64,000 nucleotides of DNA, taken from sequence record PP400782; one strand, 5' to 3'. Made by a program: the position numbers and the translations under genes. Under the pieces are notes generated by a model that saw only the letters and a list, made by a program, of their open reading frames with translations, was not told where the DNA came from and made no database searches. This document shows, one piece after another, positions 23,255-32,418 of this stretch. Position 1 is the stretch's first letter; each line of letters starts with the position of its first letter. Source of the stretch: Escherichia phage FL31.

Positions 23255-24028
23255 ATGGCAGTAACAGGACCATGGGTAGGATCGTCTGCAGTAGTTAATA
23301 CAGGACAAAATTGGATGGGTGGCGCGGCCCAACGATTAAGAATGGGCATTCCGTTTTGGATGAGTAATATGATAGGTCGATCTGTTGAAATAATTCACAC
23401 GCTTGGAGCAGACCATAACTTCAATGGCCAATGGTTCCGAGATAGATGTTTTGAGGCAGGTAGTGCACCTATAGTGTTTAATATCACTGGAGATTTAGTA
23501 TCATATTCTAAAGATGTTCCTTTATTCTTCATGTACGGAGATACACCAAATGAATATGTTACTTTGAATATTCATGGTGGAGTTCATATGTGGGGACGAG
23601 GTGGTAACGGTACTGTAAACGGAAACCCAGGTACAAATGGCGGCGATGTAATCCAAAATGATATCGGCGGAAGACTTCGTATTTGGAACTATGGCGTTAT
23701 TGCATCAGGCGGCGGTGGTGGTGGTGCAGTGTCATTACAGAATAGCTGGGCGCCAAATGCTACAGCAGGTGGCGGTGGTGGTAGACCATTTGGCCTCGGC
23801 GGCGGTGGCGTTAATTGGCCGGGTGGTAATGCTAGTTATGACGCCCCGGGCGGTGCCGGTTACACTTCCCAATTCGGCGGAGGCAATGGTGGTGATGCTG
23901 GAGGTCGGGGCGGAGATGGATGGGGTAATCACTTATCTAGATCTGGCGGTGGTGCTCCTGGCAGAGCAGTATTCGGAAGTTCACCGTCATGGGGTGCTAC
24001 AGGCACAATCTACGGCTCCTGGATTTAA
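23255..24028 (+). CDS. 38: receptor-recognising adhesin gp38 (T2/T6 type, glycine-rich motifs)
   Basis: N-terminus [21 protein letters not shown]; several poly-Gly GRM blocks; C-terminal TGTIYGSWI. Confidence 0.85.
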   Translation: MAVTGPWVGSSAVVNTGQNWMGGAAQRLRMGIPFWMSNMIGRSVEIIHTLGADHNFNGQWFRDRCFEAGSAPIVFNITGDLVSYSKDVPLFFMYGDTPNEYVTLNIHGGVHMWGRGGNGTVNGNPGTNGGDVIQNDIGGRLRIWNYGVIASGGGGGGAVSLQNSWAPNATAGGGGGRPFGLGGGGVNWPGGNASYDAPGGAGYTSQFGGGNGGDAGGRGGDGWGNHLSRSGGGAPGRAVFGSSPSWGATGTIYGSWI

Positions 24029-24046
24029 ACGATAATACCTCTCAAT

Positions 24047-24054
24047 TATAAATA
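24047..24054 (+). promoter_or_regulatory. late promoter TATAAATA for holin t
   Basis: Exact TATAAATA 19 nt upstream of the t ATG; GGGAGG SD. Confidence 0.7.
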
Positions 24055-24073
24055 TTGATAAATGGGAGGTAAT

Positions 24074-24733
24074 ATGGCAGCACCAAAAGTATCATTTTCG
24101 CCTAGTGATATTTTATTTGGGTTGCTAGACCGCATTTTCAAAGATAACGCCTCTGGAAATATTCTTATTTCCAGAGTTGCTGTTGTAGTTCTTTTGTTCC
24201 TAATGGCACTAATATGGTACAAAGGGAATATTTTTATGGATTATTACGTGAGGTCGAAATATGATACTTACACAGAAGTAATTCAAAAAGAAAGAAATAC
24301 ACGATTTGAATCTGCGGCTTTAGAACAACTACAAATAGTCCACGTCACATCAAGGGCGGATTTTAGTTCGGTGTATTCTTTCAGACCTAAAAATCTAAAT
24401 TATTTCGTCGACCTTATTGCGTATGAAGGTAAGTTACCTAGCACAGTAACTGAAAAATCTATGGGAGGATTTCCTGTCGATAAAACGACAGCAGAATATT
24501 CGGTCCATTTAAGTGGACTTCACTTTACTTCTAAAACAGATTTTGCTTTCTTACCTACCAAATCAAAAACTCCGGAACTGGCATATATGTATAGTTGTCC
24601 TTACTTCAATTTGGATAACATATATGCTGGAACTGTTTCTATGTATTGGTATAAGGGGTCAGATGTGTTAAATGAAGAACGCTTGGCCGCAATATGCAAC
24701 CAAGCTGCAAGGATATTAGGGCGGGCTAAATAA
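24074..24733 (+). CDS. t: holin T
   Basis: MAAPKVSFSPSDILFGLLDRIFKDN...AARILGRAK matches recalled T4 holin along its length. Confidence 0.9.
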   Translation: MAAPKVSFSPSDILFGLLDRIFKDNASGNILISRVAVVVLLFLMALIWYKGNIFMDYYVRSKYDTYTEVIQKERNTRFESAALEQLQIVHVTSRADFSSVYSFRPKNLNYFVDLIAYEGKLPSTVTEKSMGGFPVDKTTAEYSVHLSGLHFTSKTDFAFLPTKSKTPELAYMYSCPYFNLDNIYAGTVSMYWYKGSDVLNEERLAAICNQAARILGRAK

Positions 24734-25006
24734 TTAGTTGTTAGAATACATCGTCAAATGGCGATAAATATTTTCAAAACCTTCATTGAATTCACTAATC
24801 AGTGTTTTCTTTTCTTCGGCAGTTAAATTTGTAATTAGTTTTCTGAACGAATTCTGATTTAGCTGCCGACCATCTTTTTTAATTCCAATCTCATTCAAGA
24901 ATCCGATGAAATTTGCTCGGTCTTCAACAATATCTTCCCTCGAGAATTTAATCAAAATAGAAGCAACCGTAATAATTTCACGTACAATTTCAATATCTTT
25001 ATTCAT
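24734..25006 (-). CDS. asiA: anti-sigma-70 factor AsiA
   Basis: 90 aa; MNKDIEIVREIITVASILIKFSREDIVEDRANFIGFLNEIG near-identical to recalled T4 AsiA. Confidence 0.9.
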   Translation of the reverse strand: MNKDIEIVREIITVASILIKFSREDIVEDRANFIGFLNEIGIKKDGRQLNQNSFRKLITNLTAEEKKTLISEFNEGFENIYRHLTMYSNN

Positions 25007-25052
25007 AACGTTTTATTCATTCCATTTGGTTGATATGAGTATAGTACCATTA

Positions 25053-25214
25053 TCAGTGTTGATTGTAAACAGCTTTTTCTACACTTTTAACGTAATCAGT
25101 GTAGTCTTCCTGTTCATACGAGTGTAAGGCCAAGAACGTGGCTAATAGTTCATTATAGACTAAAGCCTCACGCTCACGTTCTGCCTCTACTACGTTCTGA
25201 AGATTATGGCTCAT
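25053..25214 (-). CDS. hypothetical protein (~53 aa; start at MSHN with AAGGAA SD)
   Basis: ORF; stop/start overlap TGAtATG with upstream gene. Confidence 0.3.
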   Translation of the reverse strand: MSHNLQNVVEAEREREALVYNELLATFLALHSYEQEDYTDYVKSVEKAVYNQH

Positions 25215-25215
25215 A

Positions 25216-25503
25216 TCATTCCTTATAACTATCAATGTAGTCCTGTATGTCAAAGAATGACATTTCATATTCTAGGACATTAAGAGCCCGTTCTTCAGTA
25301 TAGTCAGAACCAAATACGATAGTGATTTCACCAGGCTTCATATGATTGAAATCGACACTAAAAGGAATACGAGAACATACTTCGTCTGCCATATCTGCAA
25401 CAACACTACGATATACTTCTCGGTTAACCTGATAAAGCTCTGCAAGTTCTTCGCAACGAATAACAAGTTCAGTGGCAGGATTTTCTTTTATTTTAGTAAG
25501 CAT
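25216..25503 (-). CDS. hypothetical protein (95 aa)
   Basis: ORF with AAGGG SD. Confidence 0.4.
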   Translation of the reverse strand: MLTKIKENPATELVIRCEELAELYQVNREVYRSVVADMADEVCSRIPFSVDFNHMKPGEITIVFGSDYTEERALNVLEYEMSFFDIQDYIDSYKE

Positions 25504-25577
25504 AGTCTTTACCCTTATGTTTTTGTTTACGTTTAGATTGAAGTTCTGATTTCTTCTTGTCCTTATGGACAGAAGCC

Positions 25578-25805
25578 TTATTGAAATCGTGTTTTGCTAC
25601 AAGATTGTTCATAATGATTTATAACCTCATTTAAACATTTATCGGTAAAAGAAAACTTTTTAGCCACAGAACATTCGATGATGTGTTCTTTCAAATCTTT
25701 AGAGTCAGTATAACCCATCTCAGTAATAAAGTGGCGAATTAAAGCTTTATTCTTATCATTAACAGAATTAAAATAATCTGCTTTAGAATCAATTATTCTC
25801 ATCAT
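25578..25805 (-). CDS. hypothetical protein (75 aa)
   Basis: ORF with AAGGAAA SD. Confidence 0.35.
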   Translation of the reverse strand: MMRIIDSKADYFNSVNDKNKALIRHFITEMGYTDSKDLKEHIIECSVAKKFSFTDKCLNEVINHYEQSCSKTRFQ

Positions 25806-26070
25806 CTAATTTCCTTAATTGATATTGCAACGAGCTAATAATTTCTTCGTTCATTTTAATATACATGTCGCGCAAGAAAGGTTTTAACCCATCACGAATA
25901 ATTGCCAACGTATCACCTTTACATAAATTAACCAAATAAGGATGATCTAAAGCATCCCAACCCGGCTGATTAGCATACATACCATAGTTTTCTTCCATCA
26001 TATGATTAAGACGTTTGATATCTTGGATACGTGATTCAATAGCATCTTTCTGGAGTTGTTTAATATTCAT
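25789..26070 (-). CDS. hypothetical protein (93 aa)
   Basis: ORF in operon. Confidence 0.4.
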   Translation of the reverse strand: MNIKQLQKDAIESRIQDIKRLNHMMEENYGMYANQPGWDALDHPYLVNLCKGDTLAIIRDGLKPFLRDMYIKMNEEIISSLQYQLRKLDDENN

Positions 26071-26531
26071 TAATAAAGGTCCTCTGAATAAAGTTCTTTC
26101 TCACTTCCACCACGTTCAATATGTACCTGTCCAGCATACGTTGCAATAATCATTGCTTCTTCACGAGTCCAGTAATTAGAGTATTGGTCGATAAAGCCTT
26201 GGTCATCGCCACAAACTTGTTGCGAGACTAATTGAGGACCAACTATATCAAGTACTTCAGCCATATCTTTAGAGTAATGACGAACTCCAGGAATAACCAG
26301 AGTTCCACCGCTCTTCAATTTAAACCTATTAGCTGCACATACTATAACACGTTGAACTTTTTGGTCATTATTCCAATAGCACGTTTGCCAACAGATTTCA
26401 GGAACTTCATTCATTATATCATCAGCAGAATAATTATAACCGTAGGACTGGAATTTTTCTGCTAGACTTTCAGGAGTCTCACGAGACAAGGCCAAATCTA
26501 ATAGCTCTAAACGTTCTTTAAATGATTTCAT
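26070..26531 (-). CDS. hypothetical protein (153 aa)
   Basis: ORF in operon. Confidence 0.45.
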   Translation of the reverse strand: MKSFKERLELLDLALSRETPESLAEKFQSYGYNYSADDIMNEVPEICWQTCYWNNDQKVQRVIVCAANRFKLKSGGTLVIPGVRHYSKDMAEVLDIVGPQLVSQQVCGDDQGFIDQYSNYWTREEAMIIATYAGQVHIERGGSEKELYSEDLY

Positions 26532-26857
26532 TTAAACCATTCCTTAATACGTTGCCAAATAGATTTTTGTGCTTGTTTATTTACACCAATCGAACGAATA
26601 ACCGGTTGTGACTGCTGGTATTCTTTGTAATCTTCTTTATAGATTTCGTAAGGTGCATCAACAAATGAACTGATCGCTGCCATGTAGTTTTTACGAAGGC
26701 CAAATGGCGCGTCATTATTTTCACGAATAACCGTATATTGGCCTGCTTTAATCTTTACAATTGTCCCTAAATAAGCCCCGTGGTACCAAATATCCCATCC
26801 TTCCTGAGTAGGTTCTGCACATTTACGAAGTTCGTTAATAATATTCAGCTTATTCAT
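26528..26857 (-). CDS. hypothetical protein (109 aa)
   Basis: ORF in operon. Confidence 0.45.
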   Translation of the reverse strand: MNKLNIINELRKCAEPTQEGWDIWYHGAYLGTIVKIKAGQYTVIRENNDAPFGLRKNYMAAISSFVDAPYEIYKEDYKEYQQSQPVIRSIGVNKQAQKSIWQRIKEWFK

Positions 26858-26867
26858 TATGTATTCC

Positions 26868-27500
26868 TCACAGTACGTTAGTTACAAGGGTAATGATTTC
26901 TTTGGACACATTAGGGAAGTCAATGTAAGTATATTTACCACCGATCTTAATCTTAACATCATTTTCAAGAGAAGTAAACAGCTTTGATTCAGTTTCTGAC
27001 ATGTTGTATGCAAAGATTCTAAGAGCGCCATCTCGACGAATTTCGATCTGACGAATACCTAGAACTCGTTTTGCAAATCGAACTTCCAAGTTACTACGGT
27101 TTTCACCAATTTCCTTAACTTCAACTTTATCTTTAATATTTTCAAAAACAAAGTTTGCTAGTTCATGCATTTCAGGAGTAACTCCACGTGCTTTTCTAGT
27201 GTTACGTTTCTGAAGAAGTTCTGGAGCATTTTCTTGAGCAAATAGGTCTGCAGCTTTTTGGATAATATTCATTGCTTCGCCTGTTGCTACAAGTCCATCA
27301 CCAGATTTTTCGACTAAACCTTTCTTAATCAATACACCAATGTTAGAGTTAACAACCGATGCATTGTATTCTGCTTCCAGAGCTTCACGGACATTGGCAG
27401 CAGTGGTGAAGTTGTTCTTAATGATATAAACCATTATTGCAGCAGTTTTTTCATTCAGAACGTTTTCAGAAGCTTTGATGATGTAAGTAACTTTAGACAT
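26868..27500 (-). CDS. motA: middle-promoter transcription activator MotA
   Basis: 210 aa; MSKVTYIIKASENVLNEKTAAI...NSNIGVLIKKGLVEKSGDGL matches recalled T4 MotA. Confidence 0.9.
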   Translation of the reverse strand: MSKVTYIIKASENVLNEKTAAIMVYIIKNNFTTAANVREALEAEYNASVVNSNIGVLIKKGLVEKSGDGLVATGEAMNIIQKAADLFAQENAPELLQKRNTRKARGVTPEMHELANFVFENIKDKVEVKEIGENRSNLEVRFAKRVLGIRQIEIRRDGALRIFAYNMSETESKLFTSLENDVKIKIGGKYTYIDFPNVSKEIITLVTNVL

Positions 27501-27539
27501 TTTATTTCTCCAATTTGGTTGTTTTGTTTTGATAGGTCT

Positions 27540-27568
27540 ATAATATCATGTTTGAAGCACATGTAAAC
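27540..27568 (-). promoter_or_regulatory. early promoter-like element for motA (-35 GTTTAC, -10 TATTAT) with AGACCTATCAA box
   Basis: Minus strand GTTTACatgtgcttcaaacatgaTATTATagacctatcaaaac. Confidence 0.45.
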
Positions 27569-27577
27569 TGTTTTGTG

Positions 27578-27609
27578 AGAAAAATGCACAAAAGGGAGCC
27601 GAAGCTCCC
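27578..27609 (-). terminator. rho-independent terminator after gene 52
   Basis: Minus strand gggagc-UUCG-gctccc followed by UUUUGUGCAUUUUU. Confidence 0.6.
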
Positions 27610-27685
27610 TAATCATGTTTGTCCAACCAATACAGCCAAATCACTAGTGCAGCTATTGCACCGAGAAATCCTAAGGCTAGGGCAC

Positions 27686-29011
27686 TCAAAGTGCCTCCAA
27701 GTCTTTAGTGTACTCTGTCACAACATCAGTAGACTTCCAATACTCATTTTCTTCTTTCTTAGCTTTAGCTTCTTCTGCCAGTTTACGTGCTTCATCGGAA
27801 GTGATATGGAAGATATTAAGACCTACCAGTTTATCGACATGTTCTTTATACATTTCGATTTGTGCTAGCTCTTCAGTCAAAGCTTTACGGGTCTTGCCTT
27901 GAATCACAATTTCACCGTTGATAACTTTTTTGATGAAGTGTGCCTTAGCAAAAGCCAGTTTAAATGCTTTTTCAGATTCAAGGATTTTGTTATCAATACG
28001 TTTCTGAACGTAAGTCTTACGGACTTCAACAAAATCTTTGATTAAGTCCACTACGTTATCGTAGACCGCTAATTTACCCTTTTCATTAATCACTGTGATG
28101 TTTTGTGAACGACGTTCGATGAGACTAAAATCTTTCATGATTTTTTCATGACGTAGCTCTTCATCATCAGGAAGCGAGTACTCTTTACGGAACTTCACCT
28201 TAAACCCAAAGCCGTGTTCACCGCAATCATCTTCCCATGAGATTAGACCTTTGTCTTCCAACGGGTCAAGAACCTTACTCACATACGTTTCACGGTCGAA
28301 TTTATATGGGATTTCAGTTATCTGCATTTGAGTGCGAGATGTGAACTTATATGTTCCGTGAATCTCATAACGCCCATCAACTTCATGTACTTCGCCATGG
28401 AATTCCGGGAATTCAACTTTTGGCTTAGTGACATTTTTACCTTGAAGAGCTTGTAATACAGCCTTTTTGACTGATTTAAAACTATGAGGCAGAATATTTG
28501 TTGCGTAACCGGTTGCAATACCAGATACACCATTCAAAAGAACTGTCGGAATAATAGGAAGATAGAATTTTGGCGGAATGTGTTCTTTATCTTCATGAGC
28601 TGGAGCATATTCAGTATCTTTATATACGTTATAGAAATTTTTACTTACACGAGCAAAAATATAACGAGATGCTGCAGCCTTTTGGACTGTTCTAGAACCA
28701 AAGTTGCCTTGGCCATCTAACAGTGGATAGTTGTTATTCCATGTGTTAGCCATCAATGCACCTGCATCTTGTGCAGAAGATTCACCATGGTGATAACCTA
28801 AATCTGCAACACCTCCTGCAATTGACGCAAGTTTATGAAATTTTTCTTTATTACCACGAGCCAAATCTAATGCACGATGAACCACAAAACGTTGAACCGG
28901 CTTAAATCCATCAATCATGTTCGGGATTGCACGGTTTTCAACGGTGTACATCGCATATGCTAAGGCTTCGTTATCAATAATACTTTTTAGATTACGAGAA
29001 TTCAATTGCAT
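27686..29011 (-). CDS. 52: DNA topoisomerase II medium subunit gp52 (GyrA-like)
   Basis: 441 aa; MIDGFKPVQRFVV and catalytic-Tyr region typical of type II topoisomerase A subunit. Confidence 0.9.
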   Translation of the reverse strand: MQLNSRNLKSIIDNEALAYAMYTVENRAIPNMIDGFKPVQRFVVHRALDLARGNKEKFHKLASIAGGVADLGYHHGESSAQDAGALMANTWNNNYPLLDGQGNFGSRTVQKAAASRYIFARVSKNFYNVYKDTEYAPAHEDKEHIPPKFYLPIIPTVLLNGVSGIATGYATNILPHSFKSVKKAVLQALQGKNVTKPKVEFPEFHGEVHEVDGRYEIHGTYKFTSRTQMQITEIPYKFDRETYVSKVLDPLEDKGLISWEDDCGEHGFGFKVKFRKEYSLPDDEELRHEKIMKDFSLIERRSQNITVINEKGKLAVYDNVVDLIKDFVEVRKTYVQKRIDNKILESEKAFKLAFAKAHFIKKVINGEIVIQGKTRKALTEELAQIEMYKEHVDKLVGLNIFHITSDEARKLAEEAKAKKEENEYWKSTDVVTEYTKDLEAL

Positions 29012-29015
29012 ATTT

Positions 29016-29156
29016 TCACCATATTAATGAATGAATAACCATTATAACATCTGAAATGAAAAGCACTACTTGGACTAGTCCAAACATCACACCATAGTAC
29101 AGAACCGTAAGCAACAACAAGAGCCCGAAGGCTCCTGCTAAGATTTTCTTAATCAT
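29016..29156 (-). CDS. small hydrophobic peptide (46 aa), not in supplied track
   Basis: Manual translation MIKKILAGAFGLLLLLTVLYYGVMFGLVQVVLFISDVIMVIHSLIW. Confidence 0.3.
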   Translation of the reverse strand: MIKKILAGAFGLLLLLTVLYYGVMFGLVQVVLFISDVIMVIHSLIW

Positions 29157-29302
29157 TACTCGCCTTTTAACACGTTAAGAAGAGCTAAGACCGCTAAGGT
29201 ACCTTGTGATATGGCCTGTTGAAATACTGTTGTTTCGCCTGTAACTAAAGTGTTAACGAATAAAAACGACCAACACAGCAATGCAATAATCCATGCTACC
29301 AT
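29156..29302 (-). CDS. small hydrophobic peptide (48 aa), not in supplied track
   Basis: Manual translation MVAWIIALLCWSFLFVNTLVTGETTVFQQAISQGTLAVLALLNVLKGE; T4 carries small membrane genes (ac, stp) at this locus. Confidence 0.3.
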   Translation of the reverse strand: MVAWIIALLCWSFLFVNTLVTGETTVFQQAISQGTLAVLALLNVLKGE

Positions 29303-29354
29303 TTTAATTACCTCAAAAATAAATTAAAGGCCTAACTTAATAGGCCTGTATAAA

Positions 29355-29801
29355 TTAATAACTCTGCAGAATGAATTTGAAATTATCTGCCAGAAGACGG
29401 TTCATTTCAGTGAGTGTTTGATATTCTGATGTATGGTTGCGAGTGAATGCCAGAGCCAATTGACCTTTACCATAACCAGTGGTCAGTGGTTTCATGTTCT
29501 TAGCTGCAACAAAGATTACATCATATTCAATATTGTTAGTGCCCATGGTACGGGCTAGTTGCGAACGGCCTTGACGAATGTGAGAAAGAATTGCATCCAA
29601 CCCTTGTTTAGAACGTTGACGTCCTACAAAGAACCGTGCTGCTACTTGTCGCCAATCGGATGAACCTTTAACAAAGAAGTAAAAACCTTCACGAGAACGA
29701 AACTCTTTAGAAACTTCGGAACCGTATTCGCCATTACGAACTACTGCAACAACTTCACCGCCAACTGCCAGAAGGTCTTTACGAGTTAAATATTTGGACA
29801 T
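29355..29801 (-). CDS. ndd: nucleoid disruption protein Ndd
   Basis: 148 aa; [13 protein letters not shown]...[14 protein letters not shown]...[22 protein letters not shown] matches recalled T4 Ndd. Confidence 0.85.
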   Translation of the reverse strand: MSKYLTRKDLLAVGGEVVAVVRNGEYGSEVSKEFRSREGFYFFVKGSSDWRQVAARFFVGRQRSKQGLDAILSHIRQGRSQLARTMGTNNIEYDVIFVAAKNMKPLTTGYGKGQLALAFTRNHTSEYQTLTEMNRLLADNFKFILQSY

Positions 29802-29845
29802 GCTAATTTCCTCAATTGATTAATGTTTTTGTAATCCATGAGAGC

Positions 29846-29874
29846 ATTATACTCTGCTCTCAAGAGTTTGTACA
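29846..29874 (-). promoter_or_regulatory. early promoter-like element for ndd (-35 TGTACA, -10 TATAAT)
   Basis: Minus strand TGTACAaactcttgagagcagagTATAAT; paralogous to cassette at 684-712. Confidence 0.45.
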
Positions 29875-29877
29875 ATT

Positions 29878-30078
29878 TTATTCGGCCATATCAGAACGTT
29901 CAAAAAGCTCTTCAACAGTTAAACATTCAGTGTCATCTTCAATAAAGAATCGAGTCCAACACGTTGGGGCGATACAGTTATGAGTTTGTCCGGCGATAGA
30001 AGCTACACGAATAAGCTGCTGACCATTATTCAGAACAAATTTTTCACCAATTTCAACATCTTTAAAAAGCTTAGCCAT
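29878..30078 (-). CDS. hypothetical protein (66 aa)
   Basis: ORF. Confidence 0.4.
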   Translation of the reverse strand: MAKLFKDVEIGEKFVLNNGQQLIRVASIAGQTHNCIAPTCWTRFFIEDDTECLTVEELFERSDMAE

Positions 30079-30328
30079 TTTGTGTTCCTCATGTTTCAGT
30101 AAGACTACTATACCATAATCCTACCGTGATGTAAACAATTAAATTACATTAAAATATGTTAAAGCCAACCATGTTCCAGTGAACGAACATGCAATGTAAA
30201 AAACCGTATCACAAATTGTTCTTAGTACAATAAGAAGTGCATTTTTCATAAGTACCTCAACACAATTGAAAATATTATACAAATCATTGGGATACTAAGC
30301 AACCATATTCCTATCCACATTTTAGAGC

Positions 30329-30592
30329 TCATATCTCAACTTCCGCGAGTTCCATATATCCTTTGTTGATAACCTCTTTAAGGTCTTTAGAAAGGATAAC
30401 ACTAAAATGGTCGTTCATATGTCCGTTAACTAAACGAGTTATTTCGGCTTCAGATGACATATAAGGCACGTCTGAGTCCCAGTGAGATAGTCCCAAATGG
30501 GTATAAATCATCCCTTCGTCATCTGCGGTGTTGTACATTGAAACAAATTCGCCTGTTACTTTATGTTTTGCGTAGAAAAATTTAAATTTCAT
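30329..30592 (-). CDS. hypothetical protein (87 aa)
   Basis: ORF with AAGAGGA SD. Confidence 0.4.
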   Translation of the reverse strand: MKFKFFYAKHKVTGEFVSMYNTADDEGMIYTHLGLSHWDSDVPYMSSEAEITRLVNGHMNDHFSVILSKDLKEVINKGYMELAEVEI

Positions 30593-30618
30593 GATGTTAT
30601 CCTCTTTTAGATAGGACT

Positions 30619-30648
30619 ACTATATCATAGTCCTACTTAGTTGTAAAC
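30619..30648 (-). promoter_or_regulatory. early promoter-like element (-35 GTTTAC, -10 TATAGT) with AGTCCTATC box
   Basis: Minus strand GTTTACaactaagtaggactatgaTATAGTagtcctatc. Confidence 0.4.
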
Positions 30649-30660
30649 ACTTTTATGAAA

Positions 30661-31218
30661 TTAAAGATGAAGATACCACCCGTTGTAGTTGCTCTTGCGG
30701 ACGATTTTCTTTAGGTCTTCATGGTCTCCCACGAACTTTATAGAATAAGAGAAGACGTCAGGTGAGGTTTCTTTGACATCTAATATAATAATACAATCTG
30801 CGACTCGATGATTCAAGAAGGGCCCTATGTTGATTCCGTTGCCACCCGGATAATCACCACCGTATCCTGTGGTAACCGAAATCCATTTCGAATCCATCTG
30901 ATGGGTCTTTACTTCTACGCGTAGACCACAGTACTTAGGATGAGCTAAAACGTCCCATGCATACGTGTACGGGTCTTCTACGTCTTCATTACCTTTATTA
31001 ACATATCCGTCTAGCCAATTTGCTACTACATACTCTGCAAAGACTGCAACCTTACAACGTCGAACAACGTCTTCTTTTATTTGACCTGGATCTTGTTTCA
31101 ACGAGTACCGAGCAGTATCAGCAATCTTAACCTTCATTTCGCTAGTCAAAAACTCATTCGACAGGATAAATGTCGGAAGACTCTTCAGCCTCAACAGTCC
31201 CAAGTTCGTCTTTACCAT
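30661..31218 (-). CDS. hypothetical protein; possible endonuclease IV (DenB) by position and length (start uncertain)
   Basis: ORF between ndd and rIIB where T4 has denB; 185 aa if started at the second Met; no motif-level confirmation. Confidence 0.35.
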   Translation of the reverse strand: MVKTNLGLLRLKSLPTFILSNEFLTSEMKVKIADTARYSLKQDPGQIKEDVVRRCKVAVFAEYVVANWLDGYVNKGNEDVEDPYTYAWDVLAHPKYCGLRVEVKTHQMDSKWISVTTGYGGDYPGGNGINIGPFLNHRVADCIIILDVKETSPDVFSYSIKFVGDHEDLKKIVRKSNYNGWYLHL

Positions 31219-31441
31219 AGATACCTCTGATGTGTAGTTCGCCAAAATAAATGCGGTCACCTTCTTCAAGATATTCAGCATCTACCGGTGGGATTTCAAT
31301 AACAACTTCGTCGCATTCTAACCAGCCGTAGTGTGCATCACCAGGATGTTTTACCAATTTAGCACAATAAACTGATTTACACTTATGATGACCACGAAGA
31401 TTAGCAATTTTGGATTCTGATACGTCAAATGGATGAATCAT
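31154..31441 (-). CDS. hypothetical protein (95 aa); overlaps the upstream alternative start of the neighbouring ORF
   Basis: ORF directly downstream of rIIB. Confidence 0.3.
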   Translation of the reverse strand: MIHPFDVSESKIANLRGHHKCKSVYCAKLVKHPGDAHYGWLECDEVVIEIPPVDAEYLEEGDRIYFGELHIRGIYGKDELGTVEAEESSDIYPVE

Positions 31442-31452
31442 AATTACCCCTA

Positions 31453-31477
31453 AAGAAAAAAGGGGACCGAAGTCCCC
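31453..31477 (-). terminator. rho-independent terminator after rIIB
   Basis: Minus strand gggga-cUUCGg-tcccc followed by UUUUUUU. Confidence 0.65.
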
Positions 31478-31482
31478 AATTA

Positions 31483-32409
31483 TTATTCTGCAAATAATTC
31501 AGTAACGTCTGAAATTACTTCGTAACGACAAGTACGCATCTTAGCATCGCCATAGTCAACTGGGATAGATACAACATCACGTGGATGAACTTTAACTTTC
31601 ACAACTTTATCTGAGCTTGAACCAAAGTGGCGAATATAAGATTTAGCACAAACGTGGAGACCGCGAGAACAGGTTTGAGTATCATCGTCGTTAACTCGAG
31701 TACGAGGCATTGAAACAACTTTACCTGGGGAGTTATCAAATGTACCACTATAGCAGTCTAAATAGTCCTTACGAACTACTTTCCACGCATAGAAATGACC
31801 ATCTTCAGTGATTTCAATATCGTTTGCAACCAAGAAGTCGAATAAACGTTGTACAGCTTTTTCGCTTGGGTTTTCTAACAGGTTTTCAAGGAATGGCAGA
31901 TAGAATTTAAAGTCTTCGCCTTTTTCCATAGAATCAATAATACGATTAACCAGGCCAGAACGAATCTCTATACCTTGATAAAATAAACTACCACCTTCAA
32001 TAACAACATTACCGTCAACAAACTTACTAATAGCTTTCTTGATGTTAATAAGTTCGACAGCTTTACTAAGGTTTCCTGCGACCAGATTAGCTTTAATTTC
32101 TTCAAAATTTGCATGACTTGATGGAGTCGCATTGTATGCTACGCGTCCTTCAATAATTGAAATAAATTTAGATGACGCATTCCATACGATTTCAGGACGA
32201 TGGCCGCCGATAATAGGTTCATCATTTTCTGGAACTTCTTCAACTTTCGAAGTCTCATCTTCGGCTTTAAAATTCTTAACAATCTTACGAAGAGTATCTG
32301 TTGAAATGTCAAAGTAATCGGCAATTTCTTTACGGGTCCATTTGCCTGATTCAACCAGGCCGTAAGCTTCTAACTGTTCTTCTTGGGACAAGCATTTGAT
32401 ATTGTACAT
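31483..32409 (-). CDS. rIIB: rIIB membrane-associated protein
   Basis: 308 aa; synteny next to rIIA. Confidence 0.85.
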   Translation of the reverse strand: MYNIKCLSQEEQLEAYGLVESGKWTRKEIADYFDISTDTLRKIVKNFKAEDETSKVEEVPENDEPIIGGHRPEIVWNASSKFISIIEGRVAYNATPSSHANFEEIKANLVAGNLSKAVELINIKKAISKFVDGNVVIEGGSLFYQGIEIRSGLVNRIIDSMEKGEDFKFYLPFLENLLENPSEKAVQRLFDFLVANDIEITEDGHFYAWKVVRKDYLDCYSGTFDNSPGKVVSMPRTRVNDDDTQTCSRGLHVCAKSYIRHFGSSSDKVVKVKVHPRDVVSIPVDYGDAKMRTCRYEVISDVTELFAE

Positions 32410-32418
32410 AATGTTTCC

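Noticed and set aside
23690-23950. GGT/GGC-rich repetitive DNA that could look like a tandem repeat or CRISPR-like array
   Set aside because: It encodes the poly-glycine motifs of gp38; no repeat-spacer periodicity, and no CRISPR arrays anywhere in the window
23658-24035. 125-aa ORF in an alternative frame of gene 38
   Set aside because: Frame artefact of the GGN-rich glycine-repeat coding sequence of the gp38 adhesin
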